Shown: piece by piece, positions 33,761 through 42,171 of the stretch
How positions within the stretch are numbered: position 1 is the first letter of the stretch
How the letters are laid out: every line of letters begins with the position of its first letter
Origin: Deltaproteobacteria bacterium
GTDB taxonomy: Bacteria; Myxococcota_A; UBA9160; SMWR01
Assembly (NCBI GenBank): GCA_032128375.1
Contig: JAQBGU010000232.1
Location: 3,106-67,105 of the forward strand
Direction of reading: 5' to 3'
Length of the DNA: 64,000 nucleotides
Translations under genes and position numbers: made by a program
Notes under the pieces: generated by a model
Told to the model about the DNA's origin: nothing
Databases searched by the model: none
Seen by the model: only the letters and a program-made list of their open reading frames with translations

Positions 33761-36511
33761 GTGGTAGCCGCCTCGAAGAAATCGCCACTGAAGATTCTGC
33801 TCGTCGATGGAACCAACACCCTGTACCGCGCATTCTTCGCGATCCCGCACCTGCGTGCGCCCGATGGTTCGCCAACCAACGCCGCCTACGGGATGATCAA
33901 TACACTGACGAAGGTGATTCGCGAGGAACAGCCCGATCGCGTAGTAGTCGTCTTTGATGCCCGCGGCCCAACGTTTCGACACAAGCTATTCGACCAGTAC
34001 AAAGCCAATCGCGAGGCCCAGCCGGAAGACCTATCGAGTCAATTCCCGATGATTCGGGAATTGATCGAGGCGCATCGCTTCCCGATCGTTTCCGTCCCCG
34101 ATTTCGAAGCCGACGACGTGATCGCGACCCTCGTCGATCGGGCTCCTGCCGATGCGCAGATCGCGATCGTCTCCACCGACAAGGACATGATGCAGCTCGT
34201 GAGCGAGCGCGTCACGCTGCTCGATGGTGTGAAGGACCGCCGCTATGGACCCGCTGAGGTCGAACAGCGCTTCGGCGTAGCGCCCGCCCGCATCTTGGAT
34301 CTTCGCTCACTCGTCGGAGATCCCAGTGACAACATTCCGGGCGTCAAAGGCATCGGCGAGAAAGGGGCCGCCAAGCTCATCGACGAGTTTGGAACACTCG
34401 AGAACCTGATCGAAAAACGCGATCAAATCACCTCCAAGCGCTCGCGAATCGCATTGGAATCGCAGATCGAAGCAGCGCTGCTGTCGAAACGCCTCGCGAC
34501 GCTGCGAACCGACGTTCCGCTCCCGCTGGATCTCGACTCGCCACTCGTGGCTCCGGATCCCGACGTGTTGCGCGAGTTGTACATTCGGCTGGGTTTCGTC
34601 CGGCTCGTGGCAGCGCTCGACGAAGCTGGCCCGACCGAACCTGAGGCGAGCGCGCGTGTCGAGCCGGTCGCTGTCGACCGCGTCGACGATGAGGCGGGTC
34701 TGCGGCGCCTGATCGACGAACTCGGAATGCTCTCGACGGTTCCGATGATCGCAATTGTCGAGCTGCGCGATTCGAACGGTGGCGACAGGATCTGTGGCGA
34801 ACCGGTCGGATTGGCATTCGCGCTCGGGTCCGATCGCGCCGCCTACGTGCCGGTTCGCGCGGCACCCGACGAGTTGTTCGCGTCGCTTCCGATCGAGCGA
34901 GTCGCAGCCGCACTCGAGCCGATCCTTGGGGTTTCGCTGCAGCGGGGATCGCGGACGAACGATTCTGGCACGGTTTCCTGGATCTCGAGTGATGCGAAGC
35001 TGCTCCAGATCTTGTTCGGAGAATGCGGTGTCGAACTGGTGACACCCCATTTCGACATCGCGATCGCCGCGCATCTGATCGACCCCGCGGGCGCCAATTC
35101 GCTGCCGTCGCTGGCACAGCGATACCTGGGCCGAAAGACTCGCAGCTGGGAGGAATTGGCGGGGCGGGGCGCGAAGGCGGTCCCTGCCCGGGAAATTCCG
35201 GTCGAATTGCTCGCCCCCTGGGCGGGTGAAGAGGTGTGCGCGGTGCTTGCGCTGCACGACACACTTCAGAGTCGAATCGATACCGATGACCTCAGAATCT
35301 TGTCCGAACAGATCGAGCTGCCGTTGTCCGGGGTCCTGGCGCATATGCAGATTGCGGGAGTGCGAATCGACGAACCCTTGCTCGGTCGATTGGCCGACGA
35401 GTGGAGTGGTGCGTTGGACAGCATCTGTGCTGAGATCTACCAGCTGGCGGGAGAGGAATTCCTGATTTCCTCTCCCAAGCAGCTCCAGCAGATTCTGTTC
35501 GAGAAACTCAAACTCCCACCCGTCAAAAAGACCAAGACCGGCTTTTCGACCGACGAGACTGTGTTGGAGCAGCTTGCGTTCCAACATCCGCTGCCGCTCA
35601 AGATCCTGGAGTTCCGCAGGTTGTCAAAGCTGCGCAGTACCTATGTGGTCGCGCTACCGCCTCTGGTCAATGCAAACACCGGGCGCATTCACCCGACGTT
35701 CAACCAGCTGGGTGCGGCGACCGGGCGGTTGTCGGCGAATCACCCGAACGTGCAGAACATTCCGATTCGCAGTCTGGAAGGGATTCGAATCCGCGAGGCG
35801 TTTATCCCGGCCGAGGGCAAGCTCCTGTTGTCGGCGGATTACTCTCAGGTAGAACTGCGCATATTGGCGCACTTTTCTGGCGACGACAGCCTGTTGGACG
35901 CCTTTACGCGGGGCGATGACGTTCATCGTCGAACGGCGTCAGAGGTAGCGGGCATCCCGATCGAGTCGGTTACCGACGAACAGCGCGCGCGCGCGAAGGC
36001 GGTCAACTTCGGGATCATCTACGGCCAGTCCTCTTTCGGGCTCGCCACTCAGCTGGGCATCGCCTCAGCCGACGCAAAGGCGACCATCGATGCCTATTTC
36101 GAACGCTACAGCGGGGTTCGCACATTCATCGACGAGTCGCTCGAGGGCGCACGCAAGAGTGGTTACGTTGAGACCTTGTTCGGTCGCCGCCGCTACCTGC
36201 CGGATCTCGGCTCTCGTAACCGCACGTTGCGTCAGGCTGCGGAGCGCATGGCTGTCAATTCGATCATCCAGGGGACGGCGGCCGATCTGATCAAGAAGGC
36301 GATGGTCAAACTCGATCCGCTGATCGAAAAGGCCGACCTCGACGCCGTGATGATCCTACAGGTTCACGACGAACTGGTTTTCGAGGTCCCAAAACGGCAC
36401 GTCGCCGCTCTGACGCAGATCGTTACTGAACAGATGGAAGGGGTGGTCGAACTGCGTGTACCCCTGCTCGTCGAAGTGGGCACCGGTGCCAATTGGCGAG
36501 AGGCCCATTGA
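33761..36511 (+). CDS. polA: DNA polymerase I
   Basis: 916 aa. 5'-3' exonuclease (ILLVDGTNTLYRAFFA, VSTDKDMMQL), a central 3'-5' exo-like domain, and pol motifs (RIHPTFNQLGAATGRLS, LLSADYSQVELRILAH, QVHDELVFE). Confidence 0.95.
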   Translation: MVAASKKSPLKILLVDGTNTLYRAFFAIPHLRAPDGSPTNAAYGMINTLTKVIREEQPDRVVVVFDARGPTFRHKLFDQYKANREAQPEDLSSQFPMIRELIEAHRFPIVSVPDFEADDVIATLVDRAPADAQIAIVSTDKDMMQLVSERVTLLDGVKDRRYGPAEVEQRFGVAPARILDLRSLVGDPSDNIPGVKGIGEKGAAKLIDEFGTLENLIEKRDQITSKRSRIALESQIEAALLSKRLATLRTDVPLPLDLDSPLVAPDPDVLRELYIRLGFVRLVAALDEAGPTEPEASARVEPVAVDRVDDEAGLRRLIDELGMLSTVPMIAIVELRDSNGGDRICGEPVGLAFALGSDRAAYVPVRAAPDELFASLPIERVAAALEPILGVSLQRGSRTNDSGTVSWISSDAKLLQILFGECGVELVTPHFDIAIAAHLIDPAGANSLPSLAQRYLGRKTRSWEELAGRGAKAVPAREIPVELLAPWAGEEVCAVLALHDTLQSRIDTDDLRILSEQIELPLSGVLAHMQIAGVRIDEPLLGRLADEWSGALDSICAEIYQLAGEEFLISSPKQLQQILFEKLKLPPVKKTKTGFSTDETVLEQLAFQHPLPLKILEFRRLSKLRSTYVVALPPLVNANTGRIHPTFNQLGAATGRLSANHPNVQNIPIRSLEGIRIREAFIPAEGKLLLSADYSQVELRILAHFSGDDSLLDAFTRGDDVHRRTASEVAGIPIESVTDEQRARAKAVNFGIIYGQSSFGLATQLGIASADAKATIDAYFERYSGVRTFIDESLEGARKSGYVETLFGRRRYLPDLGSRNRTLRQAAERMAVNSIIQGTAADLIKKAMVKLDPLIEKADLDAVMILQVHDELVFEVPKRHVAALTQIVTEQMEGVVELRVPLLVEVGTGANWREAH

Positions 36512-36618
36512 GTTCCAAAGATCCGAAAGGCCAGCGAATATCCGCAGGCTCGGTCGCGTCCAACCCCCCCGAGCGGTCGGGACAGGGGCTCGAAGAGACG
36601 CACACCCGATCGAAATCC

Positions 36619-37233
36619 ATGCTCGAACCGACGGATCTGGAGGCGGTCGCCAAAGCCGCGAAAGGCGACCACGAGGCCTTTCGGGTGCTGGTCGAGCGGT
36701 ACCAAAACCGGGCCTACGGCCTGGCATTGAGGGTCATGAAAGATGAGGAGGCTGCCCGAGATGTCGTTCAGGAGGCATTCCTCAAGGCCTACCGCTCGCT
36801 CGATCGGTTCGAAGGGCGCTCGAGCTTCTACACCTGGCTCTATCGCGTGGTGATGAATCTGTGCCTGGACGCGAAGCGCCGGACACCTGCCGGTCGTCAC
36901 GTTGAATGGGACGAGCAGCGCGCGATGCAGACGCCTGCTGCGACGGGAATAGACGCGATCGACCCTGACCTCCAGCGCGCTGCGGGCCCGTCCGGCGAGC
37001 TCGAGCGGGCCCAGTTGAGGGACACTCTGCGGCACGCGATCGATCAGTTACCCGATGATGCTCGCCAGACTCTGGTGCTGCGGGAAGTCGACGGACTGAG
37101 CTACGCCGAAATCGCCGAAGCATTGGAGATTCCGAAGGGAACCGTGATGAGTCGGCTGCACCACGCGCGCAAGCGCATGCGTACGCTGCTCGAGGCGTCG
37201 GGTACGGCAGACCCGACTGAGGAGCCAAGATGA
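36619..37233 (+). CDS. ECF (sigma-70 family group 4) sigma factor
   Basis: Start MLEPTDLEAV. Region 2 is FRVLVERYQNRAYGLALRVMKDEEAARDVVQEAFLKAY. Region 4 is LVLREVDGLSYAEIAEALEIPKGTVMSRLHHARKRM. Confidence 0.85.
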   Translation: MLEPTDLEAVAKAAKGDHEAFRVLVERYQNRAYGLALRVMKDEEAARDVVQEAFLKAYRSLDRFEGRSSFYTWLYRVVMNLCLDAKRRTPAGRHVEWDEQRAMQTPAATGIDAIDPDLQRAAGPSGELERAQLRDTLRHAIDQLPDDARQTLVLREVDGLSYAEIAEALEIPKGTVMSRLHHARKRMRTLLEASGTADPTEEPR

Positions 37234-37748
37234 GCACTACGGATCGCGACCCCTCCACCGGAGACTTCTCTGCTGGAGACTTCTCTGCTGGAGAAGAGCG
37301 CAACTTGCACGCTTACCACGATGACGAGTTGGGCGCGGTTGCACGTTGGCGGTGGCGGCGTCGAATTGCTCGATCTCGCAGCTTGCACGACGAACTCGAG
37401 CAGCTCGCTGAAGTCGGCAACTGGGTTCGTCGGGCCGATACGCAGCAGACCCCCGACCTTTGGGACCAGATCGCACTGCGGCTACCGGCGATCGATGCAG
37501 TGCGCGCCGACACGCCAGATGCGGAATCGGGTCTTCTTCGCTGGGCAGGGCTTCGCCCCGTCATGGCTGCCGCAGCGACTGCCGCAGTGGCGGTCGCGGT
37601 TGCACTGGGCACAATCGGGGACGGCCCCGGCCAGCGTGCAGGGGCAGTTCGTTGGCTCGACACCGGAGGCCGGAGTGTGATCGTTCTGGACGATCCCGAC
37701 GCAGCCACGATCGTCTGGCTGCTCGAGCCCCCAGGGGAGGGTATCTAG
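37230..37748 (+). CDS. putative anti-sigma factor (single-pass membrane)
   Basis: ATGA-coupled to the ECF sigma gene. N-terminal HAYHDDEL...RRIARSRSLHDELEQL resembles a zf-HC2-less anti-sigma N-domain. One TM (VMAAAATAAVAVAVALGTI). Confidence 0.6.
   Translation: MSTTDRDPSTGDFSAGDFSAGEERNLHAYHDDELGAVARWRWRRRIARSRSLHDELEQLAEVGNWVRRADTQQTPDLWDQIALRLPAIDAVRADTPDAESGLLRWAGLRPVMAAAATAAVAVAVALGTIGDGPGQRAGAVRWLDTGGRSVIVLDDPDAATIVWLLEPPGEGI
37260..37289 (+). repeat. 15-bp tandem repeat x2 within the anti-sigma gene N-terminus
   Basis: GGAGACTTCTCTGCT x2 encodes GDFSAGDFSA. Confidence 0.75.
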
Positions 37749-37920
37749 TGGGCTGTCGCGGAAGTACGGCCGCCAGTGCGCACCGATCCTTGACTGGCGG
37801 CTGCGTTGCTCTCGATGATGCTATGACTCACGCACCTGCCCCGCGGAAAGCTCTAGCGGGCACTCTCGGTACTCGCCGAACGTGTAGGAGCACTGTGAAA
37901 AGGCGGGTGCACGGCATCGT

Positions 37921-38385
37921 TTGGAGGACTGCGTGACGCGCGTTGTGTGGGGATTGGTTTGCTCGGTTGGTCTGGTGTTTGCGGCTGGCACGCCGGGACT
38001 CGCACGCGGAGAGTCTGGGAAGAGCTTCGACCTCGAAGTGACTGTCGCGTCGATCTCAGATGAGAAAGGTGAGATCGATCCCAAGGGCAAGAGGCTCGAC
38101 CAGGAACTCCGAAAGAAATTTCGGTACAACAGCCTCCAGGTACTCAAGACCCAACACTTCAACCTGAAGATCGACGAGATCGGAAGCATGAAGTTGCCAG
38201 ACGGAAAGGTGTTCACCGTGCGTCCGATGCATTTGGGCGACCGAGGCCTGCTGATGGCCGTGGAGTGGTCGGACACCTTGATGATGGACATGAATGCGAT
38301 GAGCGGCCACTTGCTCGTTGTCGGGGGATCGAAGTATCAGGGCCGCGAGCTGGTGATCGGCGTCGAACCGCACTACGAGCGCTGA
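37921..38385 (+). CDS. secreted hypothetical protein
   Basis: Signal peptide VVWGLVCSVGLVFAAGTPGLARG (start TTG 37921 or GTG 37933). Lys/Glu-rich beta-type body. Sits downstream of the ECF pair. Confidence 0.5.
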   Translation: MEDCVTRVVWGLVCSVGLVFAAGTPGLARGESGKSFDLEVTVASISDEKGEIDPKGKRLDQELRKKFRYNSLQVLKTQHFNLKIDEIGSMKLPDGKVFTVRPMHLGDRGLLMAVEWSDTLMMDMNAMSGHLLVVGGSKYQGRELVIGVEPHYER

Positions 38386-38574
38386 GCTTTCTCCATCACA
38401 AGTCGCCCGCTGCGTGGCTCTTTGTGGCTCGGGTCAGCTAGCTCGGATCCGCTCGCGCCGATGCGTTTCTCCCCGAGGGGATTCGAAAACTTCGAGAAAT
38501 GCGGCAAGCCGTGACACCCTTCCATCAGAACGGCCACTTACTTGATACAAAGCCAATATCCCCTTCCCAGGGAA

Positions 38575-38613
38575 GCCCGGGACTGCAACTCGCGGTCTCG
38601 GGCCTTTTTTTTT
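38575..38613 (+). terminator. rho-independent terminator (hairpin plus T9)
   Basis: GCCCGGGA-13 nt loop-TCTCGGGC (8 bp with one G-U) followed by nine T. This is a rare T-run in this GC-rich sequence. It lies 190 nt after the preceding stop. Confidence 0.55.
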
Positions 38614-38656
38614 GCCCGCACCTTGAGCACGGCTCGGCCGGTTCTGTAAGGCTCCG

Positions 38657-40177
38657 ATGATGGCTGGCCGGCTCTGGGGGCTAGGAAATCGCGAGGGTGC
38701 GCTCGCTCTCGTGCTCGCGACGGCAGCGGCACTGCGGGTTGCGGTGTTCGCCGCTGGGTTTCCGTTCTTTTCGAATGTCGACGAACATCGCCATATCGAC
38801 GCCGTGCTGAAGTACTCCCGGGGGTATCTACCCGAGCCGGGTCTCGACGCGTACGAGCCACAGATGGCCACACTGCTCGGAATGTATGGATCGCCGGAGT
38901 ACCACATGCGCGATGCCGACGGGCAAAGCCCAGGCCCTCCGCCATGGCTCGGCTCGGCGGCCAACACGCTGCGTATGATGGAATACAACGAGCGCTTTCT
39001 GGCGGGTCGCCCCAATCTCGAGGCGTCTTCTCCACCGGTCTACTACGGGTTGGCTGGGGGTTGGATGGCTTTCGCGCGCGCGACGGGCCTGACGGGAGGG
39101 CAGTTGCTGTACTCGGTGCGCGGTCTGAACGCCGCCTTGTACTTCGTGTTGGTTCTGGTGAGTTTCGCATTCTGTCGCGCGGTGTACCCGGACGATCCGT
39201 TCGTACGCTTGGGAGTCCCGGCGTTGCTCGCGGTATTTCCGCAAGACGCGCTCTACTACATTACGCCTGATGCACTGTCTCCGGTCCTTGGGGCTGCAGG
39301 GTTGTTTGCGGTCGTCGGCCTGGTCGCAAGAGCGGAGGATCGACGGGCCGGCTTGGGATCTTGGGCCGCTGCGGGGTTGATCTGCTCGTTGGCTTTCTTG
39401 ACCAAGTACACCAACGCAGTGCTGCTGGCGTTATTTGGGTTGGGAACGATCGCTGCGCTGCTTCGGGGCACCCAATACTCAGCGCGCGTGAAGCTGGCTT
39501 GGATGTGGTGTTGGGTCGTCTTCCCGATCGCGTTCTGGCTCGGCCGCAACGAAATCCTGTTCGGTGATGGGTTGGCGACAGGCGTGAAGCTCGCGCGGCT
39601 AGGCTGGGGCACCAACCCTGTTTCGGAGTATTTCCAGCATCCGATCCTGACCCCGCCGGGCCTTTGGATCTTCCTGACTGAGTTGATCCCGACGTTCTGG
39701 CGCGGCGAGATGGTCTGGCATCGCAGCGTGCTGCATGGGGTTGGTGCTGACGCCTTCTACATCGCATCGTCGATCGGGTATCTGCTGTTGGCTTGCTGGG
39801 GTTTCGTTTCGCGAGCACGAGCGGGGAGGGCGGGAACGGCCGCGACCCTCGCCGACGGCTTCAGCCTCGCCATGCTCGGGCTGTCGATCGCCGTGCTCGC
39901 AGTGTTGTCGATGCGGTTCGTCTTTGGGCAGAACACCAACCCCACCGCCGACAACCCTTACCTCAGCCAGGGGAGACTCGTGTCGTGTGCGCTGTTGGCG
40001 TTTGTGGTGCTCTACGTGCGTGGAATCGGGGTCGCGGCATCCATGCTGCCTGTTCGCTTGCGCGTTGCTGCGGCGTGGACGTTGCTGTCCTGCACGCTGG
40101 CGGTAATCGTCGTGTCCGAGTTACAGCTCAGCGGTTCGGTGTTCGCCAGTGAGTACAACTGGTTTCACCTTCCATGA
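38657..40177 (+). CDS. polytopic membrane protein, GT-C-fold glycosyltransferase-like (ArnT/PMT-like)
   Basis: 506 aa, at least 10 hydrophobic helices. The first loop after TM1 contains FFSNVDEHRHID (acidic motif as in GT-C enzymes). The family call is tentative. Confidence 0.55.
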   Translation: MMAGRLWGLGNREGALALVLATAAALRVAVFAAGFPFFSNVDEHRHIDAVLKYSRGYLPEPGLDAYEPQMATLLGMYGSPEYHMRDADGQSPGPPPWLGSAANTLRMMEYNERFLAGRPNLEASSPPVYYGLAGGWMAFARATGLTGGQLLYSVRGLNAALYFVLVLVSFAFCRAVYPDDPFVRLGVPALLAVFPQDALYYITPDALSPVLGAAGLFAVVGLVARAEDRRAGLGSWAAAGLICSLAFLTKYTNAVLLALFGLGTIAALLRGTQYSARVKLAWMWCWVVFPIAFWLGRNEILFGDGLATGVKLARLGWGTNPVSEYFQHPILTPPGLWIFLTELIPTFWRGEMVWHRSVLHGVGADAFYIASSIGYLLLACWGFVSRARAGRAGTAATLADGFSLAMLGLSIAVLAVLSMRFVFGQNTNPTADNPYLSQGRLVSCALLAFVVLYVRGIGVAASMLPVRLRVAAAWTLLSCTLAVIVVSELQLSGSVFASEYNWFHLP

Positions 40178-40188
40178 GCGGAAGGCCA

Positions 40189-40281
40189 GAGACCGCAAGT
40201 GAGATACTGCAAGTGAGAGACAAGTGAGAGACCGCAAGTGGGAGACCGCAAGTGGGAGACCGCAAGTGAGAGACGCGAAGG
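40189..40281. repeat. tandem array, ~7 units of 11-14 bp (GGAGACCGCAAGTG), intergenic between convergent genes
   Basis: gagaccgcaagtg agatactgcaagtg agagacaagtg agagaccgcaagtg ggagaccgcaagtg ggagaccgcaagtg agagacgcgaagg. Confidence 0.85.
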
Positions 40282-40310
40282 TCAGAACAAGGCGCAAGAG
40301 CCGGCCCGTA

Positions 40311-41234
40311 CTACGGATTGCGCGACTGCGTTCGGTTGCCCGACCGGCGTCGGTTGACCGCAAGCAACGCGACCGCTGCCACTCCAGTGAGCGCCCCGAT
40401 CAATCTTTCTGGCTCCGGGATGAACTGAATCGTCAGAGTCGTGAACAACGCGATTTTCTCTTGATTGCCGCCCGGACCCGTCGTCGTCACCTGAGTCGGC
40501 GTAATCATCTGCAGTAGACCCCGGCCCGGAGCTACCGATACCCGTGTTTGCGACGTCGCCCCGTGAACGAATCCGCTGGCCATTGCCGCCGGATTCGCGG
40601 TCGGTACCCCCGTGAACAACGCGGCGGCCGAGGTCTGCCAGCCGGCCCCATCCAGTGTGACGATCGTGGCCCCGGTTCCCGCTCCCATACGTGTGATCAC
40701 GCCGCCCAGCCCCACACCCTCGCCCAGCCTACTGGGCGTCGCCGACGTCGTTGTGAACAAGGGGATCGTCGGCGAGTCGTTGCACCCCGCGATGAAGCAG
40801 AACTTCAACATGCCCGGTAGCGGCAGAGCGTTCCAAACCAGCGGTCCCGGCTGCGAGAACCCGCGCAGCGTGCCGTTACCCAGCGTTGCCATGACCGACC
40901 TGGCGGATGCGACGGAAACAACGTCTGAGGGATCGGTCACGGAAATCGTCGCATTTTGGATGGTGATGCCGCCCGCAAGCTGCAGTGTGTTGAGGATTCC
41001 GTCCGCGCTGGCTCCCACGCGGGAGACGCCGGCCCCGGTTTGGGTGAGTTTGCCCAAGCGGCCCAGGTCCAGCGTCATCGTGCCTTGCCACGCCAGGGTA
41101 CTGGCCAAAGCGTTCGAAGCCCCGCCGACGAGCAGCGATGCGACCGACAGGGCTAGCAAGACCGATCTGCGCAATGAACTACTCCTCTCCTCTTTTCCGA
41201 TTTTCTTTCCGATTTTCTTTCCGATTTTCCGCAT
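40311..41234 (-). CDS. secreted PEP-CTERM protein
   Basis: N-terminus MRKIGKKIGKKIGKEERSSSLRRSVLLALSVASLLVGGASNALA (signal peptide). Gly/Thr/Ala-rich body. C-terminus FIPEPERLIGALTGVAAVALLAVNRRR is a PEP-CTERM. Confidence 0.8.
   Translation of the reverse strand: MRKIGKKIGKKIGKEERSSSLRRSVLLALSVASLLVGGASNALASTLAWQGTMTLDLGRLGKLTQTGAGVSRVGASADGILNTLQLAGGITIQNATISVTDPSDVVSVASARSVMATLGNGTLRGFSQPGPLVWNALPLPGMLKFCFIAGCNDSPTIPLFTTTSATPSRLGEGVGLGGVITRMGAGTGATIVTLDGAGWQTSAAALFTGVPTANPAAMASGFVHGATSQTRVSVAPGRGLLQMITPTQVTTTGPGGNQEKIALFTTLTIQFIPEPERLIGALTGVAAVALLAVNRRRSGNRTQSRNP
41194..41229. repeat. 12-bp tandem repeat x3 directly after the start codon of the PEP-CTERM gene
   Basis: TTTCCGATTTTC x3 on the plus strand encodes (KIGK)x3 in the signal-peptide n-region on the minus strand. 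Confidence 0.85.
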
Positions 41235-41393
41235 CTGCGGATTCGAGGTTAGCCGGATTCGGCATTTCCCGTTTGCCCGACGACGAACCCCTCTGCGGGT
41301 CGTGCTTGTACGGCCCGCGGAAGACTACCGAGAGATGTCTCAGAGGCAAGTCGCTGGGGAGGCTCCGAGAATGAAGTTTCAGAGGTCCACCAC

Positions 41394-41984
41394 GTGAACA
41401 CACCGGCACACGCGATCATCAATCTGGCCTTGCTGGGGCGCGGCGCCGAGCCGAGGCGGCGCTTCAGCACGTGGATCCTGGCGGGTGCGGTGCTTCCAGA
41501 TGTTCCGATGTTCGGGTTCTACCTGTGGCAGCGCCTCATCGCGGGCGAGACCGAATCGCGCATCTGGGGTGAACTCTATTTCGTATCGGACTGGCAGATA
41601 TTCTTTGATCTGTTCAATTCGATTCCACTCGCCGGACTTGCATGTTGGGTCTCGTGGCGGCTGGGGTATCACGGGGCGGCGTGGCTGTTCGCCAGCGTCG
41701 TGCTGCACTGTGCGATCGACTTGCCGCTGCACCACGACGACGCCCACCGACACCTCCTACCCGTTTCCGGCTGGCGGTTCGAGAGTCCCGTATCGTATTG
41801 GGACCCGGCCCACCGCGGTTCGATTGGCGCGTTGCTCGAAGCGATAGCCGTCGTGATCGGTTCGGTGGTGCTGTTTCGTCGCACCGCGCGGCGCGGCTGG
41901 CGTGTCTTTCTGGCTGGCGTGGCGCTAGTCTATTCCGCCGGCTACGTCGCGCTCTACGTGCTGCGTGCGGTTCCCCTTGAATGA
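41394..41984 (+). CDS. integral membrane protein (hypothetical; His-rich, possible membrane hydrolase)
   Basis: 196 aa with GTG start and 5-6 hydrophobic segments. Conserved-looking His cluster (LHCAIDLPLHHDDAHRH). Confidence 0.5.
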   Translation: MNTPAHAIINLALLGRGAEPRRRFSTWILAGAVLPDVPMFGFYLWQRLIAGETESRIWGELYFVSDWQIFFDLFNSIPLAGLACWVSWRLGYHGAAWLFASVVLHCAIDLPLHHDDAHRHLLPVSGWRFESPVSYWDPAHRGSIGALLEAIAVVIGSVVLFRRTARRGWRVFLAGVALVYSAGYVALYVLRAVPLE

Positions 41985-42171
41985 AGTTTGTTTTACGCCG
42001 GTCGGCTGAAGCTCTTGGCAGAAGTGATCAATCGAAGCCAAGCATTCGAAGCTACGGGCTGAACCCAGAGCGCCGATGCCAGAGGGCTCGCGCCGGAACA
42101 CAAGACCAGCCGCAAAGCCAGCCGCCATGGGACGTCTGAGCGGTGGAATAGCTGGGGGTTAGGGTCTCGAA

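Noticed and set aside
34307-35587. 426-aa and 278-aa minus-strand ORFs inside polA
   Set aside because: They are antisense to an unambiguous DNA polymerase I. Composition is biased (Arg/Gln/Asp-rich) and no motifs are present.
40189-40281. Possible CRISPR array
   Set aside because: Units are 11-14 bp and directly abutting with no spacers. No cas genes are in the window. It is a simple tandem repeat.
41260-41277. CGGCATttcccgTTTGCc as a sigma-54 promoter near the PEP-CTERM gene at 40311-41234
   Set aside because: The GG-to-GC spacing is 2 nt too long, and the element is oriented away from the PEP-CTERM gene.
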